Origin: Rebecca billardiae RCC1528 | Taxonomy: Eukaryota > Protista > Haptophyta | DNA: 64,000 bases | Assembly: GCA_965240325.2 (NCBI GenBank) | Contig: OZ251228.1 | Span: 1,488,001-1,552,000 of the forward strand | Direction of reading: 5' to 3' | Part shown: piece after piece, positions 55,897 to 64,000 of the stretch | How the letters are laid out: every line of letters starts with the position of its first letter | Position numbering within the stretch: position 1 is the first letter of the stretch | Notes under the pieces: model-generated | Database searches by the model: none | What the model was told of the DNA's origin: nothing | Seen by the model: only the letters and a program-made list of their open reading frames with translations | Translations under genes and position numbers: made by a program

Positions 55897-56563
55897 TCGC
55901 GCGCATATATCATCGTCAGATGACGACGACGACGTCAGATGACGACACCAGCACTGATGCTGAGGATGATATAGCAGCGCTACTCTGGGAGCAGAGCCTT
56001 ATCGTCCCCTGACGAGAAGGTTACATCCGCACACCTACTAGACGCTGATAGTAACACCTAGTACGACGCGGAGGATGATCAGATTCGTCACTGGAGACAA
56101 CGAAACATCCGAAGGCCTCAAACCACACACACACAAATATATATATAATTTAATGTCAAAATATATAGAACACAAAATTAAAAACCAAAATAAAATTCAC
56201 GCACCATTTACGCATGCCAACGGCATCATGATCATTTTTATTACTATCTAAATTTTATTTTGATAGTAACATTGTTATTACTAACTAGTATAATGACGTT
56301 GTTACTGCTATAGTTAGTAGCATTGGTAGCTATCTCGGTAGTGACACTGTCACTACTAAGCTAGATCTATACTTCAATCTATACTTGCTATAATACTATA
56401 CTTCAATCCCGGTCAGTCATCTCAGACATTGATAGATAGATATCCGACTCGAGTCGTCTCGGCGTCTGTCATTCTCTTGAAAGTTATTCTGGCGTCCGCC
56501 GGAACAGTCATCAGCATAGTCTAGCTGCTCTTTCTCTCTGTCTCTAGCTAAGCTGCTACTAGA

Positions 56564-56612
56564 ATCATTATCATCATCATCATCCATCATCATCATCATC
56601 ATCATCATCATC
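56564..56612. repeat. (ATC)n microsatellite
   Basis: Directly visible. Confidence 0.9.
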
Positions 56613-56718
56613 GTCGTCGTCTGAATAGTAAAGCTTGTTACAAAGTACGACTACTAAATATACTAACTTTAGCGTGTATCTGTGAAGTCCTGTCTAACTA
56701 CCCGTTCGACCGCCTATG

Positions 56719-57190
56719 CCCTATCCGGACGGGGCATCGAGCTCGAGCCAGGCCCGCATCCAGACCTGCGTGTAAAGTTGCAAAGTGTAAAGTAGGTCCG
56801 GGAGCCCAGCCGGACTTGTCCGGCCAGTCCGACCGGACGCGTGCCAGCTGCCACCGGGCCCGGCACTCTCCGGCGCCTCCGCCCGGCGCCGGCCGGTCGC
56901 CGGGGCGCCGCGGCCGAGAGGCAGTGCAAAGTTGTAAAGTGTAAATTACATCCGGGAGCCAGGCCGGACCTATCCGGACAGCCGTCCGGCCACGCACGCG
57001 TGCGGGCTGTGCCGACGCGCCGCGCCGGCCGGCTGCCGGGCGCACGAGGGCGTGTATGACAGTGTGAAAAAGTAAATCCGGGCGCCTCCGGACGGGGCAT
57101 CGCGCGCCGCGCAAGCTGCTTGGCCCAGCAACCCCCCGTAAAAGTTGTAAAGTGTAAAGTAAGTCCGGGGCTTTCGCGGGTCCAATCCGG
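56719..57190 (-). repeat. Diverged inverted copies of the 59.3-61.7 kb satellite unit
   Basis: Four TGTAAAGTTGTAAAGTGTAAAGTA..TCCGG-like boxes (~56771, 56924, 57053, 57138) with flanking GC segments reverse-complementary to the main array. Confidence 0.88.
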
Positions 57191-57228
57191 GATCCCGCAG
57201 CCCGAGCGGCGGCGCGATGTTCGCCGCC

Positions 57229-59240
57229 ATGGTCGATGGTGTTCGCAAGCACGTTCAGAAGCCGCCCGCCCTCGACGACGCGATCTGCACGTGCGCGCGT
57301 TGGTCAGAGCACACGCGTGACGTGGGTGAGTCGGGGGACTACCCACTACGAAGCAAAGTAGAGCGTGAAGCAAGGTAGAGTGTGTTTCCGCGTGCGCGCT
57401 CGGGCAGCTCTGCTGTGACCCCTCGGCCACGTCGTGATGTGTGCGTCCGCGCGCACGGCCACGCCAGCGTGGCCAGTGCGCTTCCTCTTCAACGACACCA
57501 ACGAGCTCGCCCTGGCGCACAACGTTGGCAGCAGCGCCGTGACTACACGGCTGCTGGTGGTGCGCGTGTCCGGTTGGCCACACCCTCGTGACTCTGCGGC
57601 TGCGCGCAGAAGCAGCGCCACCGGCGTGCTGCTGCCTGCCGGCATGCTGGTGGCGCCCGCGCCCGCGCCGCCGCCGCCATTTTGTGACCGTCCCACAGTG
57701 CGCCCCGCTGCATGCGCCTTGTGGCGCGCGTCCGGTTGGCCACAGCCTCGTGACTCTGCGGCTCTGCGGCTGCGCGCACAAGCAGCGCCACCGGCGTGCT
57801 GCCGCTGCCGGCATGCTGATGGCGCCCGCGCCCGCGCCGCCGCCGCCATTTTGTGACCTTCCCGCGCCGTGCGCCCCGCTGCATGCGCCGTCTGGGGCGC
57901 GTCCGGCTGACCGCAGCCTCGTGACTCTGCGGCTGCGCGCGCAAGCATCGCCACTGGCGTGCTGCCGCTGCTCGCATGCTGATGGCGCCCGCGCCCGCGC
58001 CGCCGCCGCCATTTTGTGACCTTCCCGCGCGGTGCGCCCCGCTGCATGCGCCGTCTGGGGCGCGTCCAGTTAGCCACAGCCTCGTGACTCTGCGTCTCTG
58101 CGGCTGCACGCGCATCTACCGCGGCGGGCTGCGCCTGCTGTTCACGGCCAAGGCGGACGGCGAACCCCGTACATCCCCGCCGCGGTCGTTGCCACCGCCG
58201 GCGACGGCGTCGTGCGCTGCGAGTGGCTTGCGCGCCTGCCCGCGTGGCACGCCCTCCGCACCCGCACTGTGCCCGCGGCTTGGCCCACACGCGTGCACAA
58301 CGAGGCGGTCGAATGGGCAGCGCGTGCGTAGACGGCACCTGCGCCGTCGGGTCAGCGCCGCCCGTGCGCCGGGCGTGCGCACCTTCCCGCCTCGCCAGCT
58401 GGCGCGCGAACCGCCCTCGCCGCGTGGCTAAACGAGCAGCTCGGCTCGCGCGGCGCGGGCGAGCCGATCAGTGCGCGCCCGGCGGCGCCGGGCGCTGGCC
58501 GCCGATTACGCGCGTGTACGCGGGGCGCTCGCCGGGTCTACTCGCGACGTGCTCGACGGCGAGTCGATGGTGTGACTACAAGCGCAGTGAGCACTGGCGG
58601 CGGATTGTCTTCTACTTCGCCAAGCTAGACGGCATCGACCTCTGCTGCGTGGACGACGCGTGTGTCCACGCGCACGGCCGCGCAGGCGCAGCTGCCGTGC
58701 GCCTTCGTGGCTTCCTTTTGACGGTGCCGACGGGCTCGCCCCCTCACCACGCGTGGCCTGCGCGGCCGTGCAGCGCGGGCACGGTGGTTCGCGCGGCAAG
58801 GCGCCGGTTGCGCGCTCGCAGCAGTTTGCAGCCCTCCGGCGCGCGGCGTTTGCTGCAGCGCCGTGACCACGCGGCTGTGGGCCGCGCCACTGGTGCTGCT
58901 GGCCGCCGCGGCCATGCCGCCGCCGCCATGATACGACCTTTTCGCGCTGTGCGCCCCGCTACACACAGCATGCGTGGACGACCGCGCTGCGCCTCGCGCC
59001 AAATGGCGCCCAGCAATACGGATGCGCACTGCACACTGCGTGCAGCGGGTTGAACGGCCCTGGCTGTGGCGTGCAACGTGCGCCGTAGAGGCGTGACTCG
59101 CCAGCCCGCGGCGGGCGTAGCGCGCGCACGCACGGGCGAGCAGCACTACTGCGTGTTGCTCAGCCGCGCCCGCGCCGCGCCATCGGTAGGTGGTGGCGCC
59201 CTCGACCGGTATCGAATCGCCCTCCCTCACCTACCTCCCT
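57229..59240 (+). pseudogene. Possible cryptic or decaying spliced gene inside the repeat structure
   Basis: GCCGCCATGG start; exon 57229-57325, GTGAGT donor, CAG acceptor at 57467, in-phase exon 57468-57559 (AWPVRFLFNDTNELALAHNVGSSAVTTRLLV), GTGCGC donor. Later protein-like pieces IYRGGLRLLFTAKADG and WCDYKRSEHWRRIVFYFAKLDGIDLCCVDD cannot be cleanly joined. Confidence 0.35.
57562..58112. repeat. ~165-bp tandem repeat (3 copies plus a partial)
   Basis: GCGCCCGCGCCCGCGCCGCCGCCGCCATTTTGTGACC and CCTCGTGACTCTGCG recur at ~163-169-bp spacing. Confidence 0.92.
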
Positions 59241-59306
59241 CGCCCGGGCGGGTCGATCGCGGGCGCCGGCATCGCGATCAAATCGCGTCCGGCCGCGTCG
59301 TCCCGC

Positions 59307-61717
59307 CCGGACTTACTTTACACTTTACAACTTTACAGGCCCTCTCGCGCCCGCGGCCCGGCGGCGGCGCGGCGGCCGGCGGGCCAGCATGCGTCCGGTC
59401 GGACTGGCCGGACATGTCCGGCTGGGCTCCCGGACCTACTTTACACTTTACAACTTTACACGCCGGGCTGGGTGCTGGCCTGGCTCGTGCTCGATGCCCC
59501 GTCCGGACGTGCGCTCCCGGACCTACTTTACACTTTATACAACTTTACAGGCCCTCTCGCGCCCGCGGCCGGCCGGCCGGCGGCGCGGCGGCCAGCATGC
59601 GTCCGGTCGGACTGGCCGGACATGTCCGGCTGGGCTCCCGGACCTACTTTACACTTTACAACTTTACACGCCGGGCTGGGTGCTGGCCTGGCTCGTGCTC
59701 GATGCCCCGTCCGGACGTGCGCTCCCGGACTTACTTTACACTTTACAACTTTACAGGCCCTCTCGGCCTCTCGCGCCCGCGGCCGGCGGCGCGGCGGCCA
59801 GCACGCGTCCGGTCGGACTGGCCGGACATGTCCGGCCGGGCTCCCGGACCTACTTTACACTTTACAACTTTACACGCCGGGCTGGGTGCTGGCCTGGCTC
59901 ATGGTCGATGCCCCGTCCGGACGTGCGCTCCCGGACCTACTTTACACTTTACAACTTTACAGGCCCTCTCGCGCCCGCGGCCGCGGCGGCGCGACGGCCA
60001 GCATGCGTCCGGTCGGACTGGCCGGACATGTCCGGCTGGGCTCCCGGACCTACTTTACACTTTACAACTTTACACGCCGGGCTGGGTGCTGGCCTGGCTC
60101 GTGCTCGATGCCCCGTCCGGACGTGCGCTTCCGGACTTACTTTACACTTTACAACTTTACAGGCCCTCTCGCGCCCGCGGCCGGCGGCGCGGCGGCCACG
60201 GCATGCGTCCGGTCGGACTGGCCGGACATGTCCGGCTGGGCTCCCGGACCTACTTTACACTTTACAACTTTACACGCCGGGCTGGGTGCTGGCCTGGCTC
60301 GTGCTCGATGCCCCGTCCGGACGTGCGCTCCCGGACCTACTTTACACTTTACAACTTTACAGGCCCTCTCGCGCCCGCGGCCGCGGCGGCGCGACGGCCA
60401 GCATGCGTCCGGTCGGACTGGCCGGACATGTCCGGCTGGGCTCCCGGACCTACTTTACACTTTACAACTTTACACGCCGGGCTGGGTGCTGGCCTGGCTC
60501 GTGCTCGATGCCCCGTCCGGACGTGCGCTCCCGGACCTACTTTACACTTTATACAACTTTACAGGCCCTCTCGCGCCCGCGGCCGGCCGGCCGGCGGCGC
60601 GGCGGCCAGCATGCGTCCGGTCGGACTGGCCGGACATGTCCGGCTGGGCTCCCGGACCTACTTTACACTTTACAACTTTACACGCCGGGCTAGGTGCTGG
60701 CCTGGCTCGTGCTCGATGCCCCGTCCGGACGTGCGCTCCCGGACTTACTTTACACTTTACAACTTTACAGGCCCTCTCGCGCCCGCGGCCGGCGGCGCGG
60801 CGGCCAGCACGCGTCCGGTCGGACTGGCCGGACATGTCCGGCTGGGCTCCCGGACCTACTTTACACTTTACAACTTTACACGCCGGGCTGGGTGCTGGCC
60901 TGGCTCGTGCTCGATGCCCCGTCCGGACGTGCGCTCCCGGACCTACTTTACACTTTATACAACTTTACAGGCCCTCTCGCGCCCGCGGCCGGCCGGCCGG
61001 CGGCGCGGCGGCCAGCATGCGTCCGGTCGGACTGGCCGGACATGTCCGGCTGGGCTCCCGGACCTACTTTACACTTTACAACTTTACACGCCGGGCTGGG
61101 TGCTGGCCTGGCTCGTGCTCGATGCCCCGTCCGGACGTGCGCTCCCGGACTTACTTTACACTTTACAACTTTACAGGCCCTCTCGCGCCCGCGGCCGGCG
61201 GCGCGGCGGCCAGCACGCGTCCGGTCGGACTGGCCGGACATGTCCGGCTGGGCTCCCGGACCTACTTTACACTTTACAACGTTACACGCCGGGCTGGGTG
61301 CTGGCCTGGCTCGTGCTCGATGCCCCGTCCGGATCTGCGCTCCCGGACCTACTTTACACTTTACAACTTTACAGGCCCTCTCGCCCCCGCGGCCGGCGGC
61401 GCGGCGGCCAGCATGCGTCCGGTCGGACTGGCCGGACATGTCCGGCTGGGCTCCCGGATCTACTTTACACTTTACAACTTTACACGCCGCGGGCTGGGTG
61501 CTGGCCTGGCTCATGGTCGATGCCCCGTCCGGACGTGCGCTCCCGGACTTACTTTACACTTTACAACTTTACAGGCCCTCTCGCGCCCGCGGCCGGCGGC
61601 GCGGCGGCCAGCATGCGTCCGGTCGGACTGGCCGGACATGTCCGGCTGGGCTCCCGGACCTACTTTACACTTTACAACTTTACACGCCGGGCTGGGTGCT
61701 GGCCTGGCTCATGGTCG
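59307..61717 (+). repeat. Satellite-like tandem array, 12 units of 198-208 bp, each with two ACTTTACACTTTACAACTTTACA boxes
   Basis: Palindrome CCGGACATGTCCGG at 59408, 59616, 59822, 60022, 60222, 60422, 60630, 60828, 61036, 61234, 61432 and 61632; units are near-identical. Confidence 0.97.
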
Positions 61718-62336
61718 CGCCAGCCAGATCAGTCGCGCGCGCGCGGCGGCACTGCGCGCGCGCGGGGCGCGCGTGCCTTTCCTAGAAACTTCCGCAGAGC
61801 CGCGAGAAGGTTACACTTTACATAGTGACAGGGCTGGACCAGGCTTACTAGTTACACATAGGAGACCACGACGTTACATATAGGAGGCATAGGCTACATT
61901 TCTACTATACGGCTTTTCTGGGGGGTGTAACCTTCTCGTGACAGGACCACCACCGAGCAGAGTACTTCTGCGGCCGGGCCTGGCACTGAGCGGCAGCCGG
62001 GGCGCCCTTGCGGCTTGCAGCGGCACGACTGCGGTCGTCCCTTCGCTCTTCACGCCATTCCGCTGAGGAGAATGGGGAGAACAGCAAAGCGTCAGGTGCT
62101 TATGGCTCATGTCACGAGCAGGCGCAGCACGACGATGATGAAAGTAGTTAGTGCCGACGTTGGTCGTTGAACCGCGTAACGTCGTTGTCGGTCATGGCCA
62201 CTTGCGGCGCCGAACTCCTTTCTGGCAGCAATGGTGGCCTTGGGGCGCGCCGAGCAGCGACGCCCGTTTTCCACGTCATCGACCGGCGTCGGCGCCGTTG
62301 CCATCATCATCGCCCGCTCGCAGAGTCGCAGCCTCC

Positions 62337-62930
62337 TCACTCACGGGACGAGGGCCGGGCATGCAGCTCGGCCGTGGCTCGGATGATGGCGTGGCAGAAG
62401 GGCGTGAGGTCAGCGGGCGTGCGCGCGGTTATAAGCGGGTAGTCCACGACCACGGGCTCATCGCACCACGTCGCCCCGGCGTTGATCACGTCGTCCTTGA
62501 TTGCGACGAAAGACGTGACGCGCTTGTTTGAGCAGACTGGCAGGCCGCTGTCTGGCATGCGCGCGGAGCACAGCATCCATGGACCATGGCAGATGCTCGC
62601 AACGGGTCGCCCGAGCTCGATCATGCGCACAATGAAGGCAAGCATGTGTGCATTGCGCCGCATGTAGTCTGGCGCGAAGCCGCCCGGAATCACGAGCGCA
62701 TCGAAAGCGTCCGCCTTCTGCTCAGAGATGGTCGCCGCGCTCACCACGGGGATGCCATACTTGCCCGTGTACTTCTGCCCGGCGGGGTGCGCACCCATAA
62801 GCACCACGTGTGCGCCCTCCTCCTCCAGGCGGCGCTGGGGGTACATGACCTCACTGTCCTCGAAGCTGAAGTCGACGAAGAGGGCAATCTTCCGCCCCAC
62901 AAGCCGCGGCGTGAAGTTGATGCCCGCCAT
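62337..62930 (-). CDS. DJ-1/PfpI family protein (type 1 glutamine amidotransferase-like; protease I/deglycase)
   Basis: KIALFVDFSFEDSE, FDALVIPGGFAPDYMR, nucleophile elbow ASICHGPW, VVVDYPLITARTPADL; intronless. Confidence 0.95.
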   Translation of the reverse strand: MAGINFTPRLVGRKIALFVDFSFEDSEVMYPQRRLEEEGAHVVLMGAHPAGQKYTGKYGIPVVSAATISEQKADAFDALVIPGGFAPDYMRRNAHMLAFIVRMIELGRPVASICHGPWMLCSARMPDSGLPVCSNKRVTSFVAIKDDVINAGATWCDEPVVVDYPLITARTPADLTPFCHAIIRATAELHARPSSRE

Positions 62931-63092
62931 CGTGGTGGCTTCGAGCGCGCGCGGAGCGGCAAACGCGCGCGAAGCAAGGGCCGCGAAGGAGGTATATCGA
63001 TCGTCTGTATGGATAAGTAAAGGGCGGTCATTTCACTATTATAAACTGTCAGGCAGCCGCCATCGTGCGACGACGTGCCACGGCCCCGTGCG

Positions 63093-63241
63093 CGAATTTG
63101 TGCGACGGCGGCAGCGACGAGGTCGCGGTCCCCGGCCGCTCCGACGCGCTCTTTACATCCGCGTGGGCCGTGCGGGTGTAAAGAACCCATCCTACTCGTC
63201 GACAGTGCCGACCTCGCCGCTAGCGGCGTCGCACAAATTTG
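63093..63241. repeat. Long imperfect ungapped palindrome (~150 bp) centred at 63167
   Basis: 63095-63107 AATTTGTGCGACG pairs with 63227-63239, and 63151-63162 CTTTACATCCGC pairs with 63172-63183, on the same symmetry axis. Confidence 0.85.
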
Positions 63242-63569
63242 ATGATTGGTACCTCGGGCATGGCCCGTGGCCCGCACGCTAGGTCCGCGCGGCGCTCTGT
63301 GGGCAAGCGAGCCAAGGGGCGCAGCGAGTCCGGTGCGGCTGTCGTACGGGTCCATCGCGAGCGCCGAGTCGCAGCCGCGCGCGCGCCGCGCCGCTGGCGC
63401 CGGGTCGCCCGGGGGAGAAGGCGCAGCTGCAGTGCTCCTCCGCCACCACGCGATCCGCCGGCAGAAAGACCTGCTGACTTTGCGCCCGCCAGTTTTGACC
63501 AAAACGATGATGTTTTTTTAATTATCGGCGGGTGTGCTTGTGTGGACGCCTCTAATTAATCTTCTACTG

Positions 63570-63615
63570 TCGCCTGCCTGAGCTGTGTGCGTCTCTTAAT
63601 TCTTAGTAAACTGTA
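63570..63615 (+). repeat. Dispersed repeat shared with 36981-37029
   Basis: TCGCCTGCCTGAGCTGT(ACAT)GTGCGTCTCTTA(A)TTCTTAGTAAACTGTA at both loci. Confidence 0.85.
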
Positions 63616-64000
63616 TCTACAATAGCTATGTGCCGTACCCGGATGAAACCAGATCTAACGAATCCGGCGGTGCGGGCGGCGCTATTTTAGTATTTTCGTC
63701 GGATCTGCTGCTATTCATCAACGGAACGTCCAATAATAATAATAGAGCCGGCGAGAGTGGGAGCTGCGCATCCGGACTCACAGAACGCCAACTTGCTGGC
63801 AACGTTGGCACCGAGCCTTGCCTACCTCGGCCGCGGGCTGGGGGCGTGGCGCCATGGCGGGTGCTGGCTCGCGGGGCCGCTCACCGCCCAAGCAGGGCGG
63901 CTCGCCGCTGCACATGGCGCTGGCCGTGCCCGATATACCCCTGCCGCCCCTCGGCTCCCCCTCGCTCGGACGCCAGATGCGCGTGACGCGAGCGCCCGAG

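Larger units (their letters stand above)
56012..61939. mobile_element. Putative non-autonomous TIR/foldback-like element containing satellite arrays
   Basis: Perfect 14-bp inverted repeat ACGAGAAGGTTACA (56012-56025) / TGTAACCTTCTCGT (61926-61939), and oppositely oriented copies of the same ~200-bp unit in the left and right halves. No transposase and no clear TSD seen. Confidence 0.45.

Noticed and set aside
56714-58338. Minus-strand ORFs of 432 and 330 aa
   Set aside because: Derived from the 165-bp and 200-bp repeats in rotating frames.
59307-61717. CRISPR-like appearance (constant box with intervening sequence)
   Set aside because: The intervening sequences are two alternating near-identical linkers, not unique spacers; there are no cas genes and the context is eukaryotic.
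59066-61883. Long + strand ORFs (919, 897, 434, 363 aa) over the satellite
   Set aside because: Unit lengths of 198-208 bp make the same three peptides rotate through all frames; the ORFs exist only because the unit lacks stop codons.
1-64000. tRNA, rRNA, transposase, reverse transcriptase or viral core genes
   Set aside because: No recognisable motifs found by eye; a small ncRNA could have been missed.

Overview
GC-rich eukaryotic nuclear DNA with short GC-rich spliceosomal introns (GTGCGC...CGCAG). Composition, intron style and a signal-peptide-bearing plastid L17 gene point to an alga with a complex plastid, most likely a haptophyte (Pavlovales/Diacronema-like; inference). About 18 protein-coding genes are supportable, many in tight head-to-head pairs: ankyrin protein, Cys-rich membrane-anchored protein, EsV-1-7 repeat protein, OCRL-like inositol 5-phosphatase, plastid L17, GT61-like glycosyltransferase, 2OG-Fe(II) oxygenase, TPR protein, methyltransferase-like protein, A1 aspartic protease, Sel1+MYND protein, ARM/ankyrin/ZZ HECT ligase, RGS-kinase (GRK-like), PH/coiled-coil protein and DJ-1/PfpI. 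Two things stand out. (1) A six-exon gene (25759-36504, minus) for a ~3,290-aa type I membrane protein that joins an RTX-like Ca-binding head, a ~940-aa Ser-Pro rod, ~52 GCTD cysteine repeats and a bacterial-adhesin-like 'SPLTTL' domain. (2) A ~5.9-kb structure (56012-61939) bounded by 14-bp inverted repeats, holding a 12-copy ~200-bp bipartite palindromic satellite, inverted diverged copies of it, a second tandem repeat and a possible cryptic spliced gene. Intergenic DNA is TA-rich, with microsatellites, decayed dispersed repeats, an RTX-like pseudogene relic and a ~150-bp palindrome. Exon boundaries were derived by hand and are not transcript-verified.
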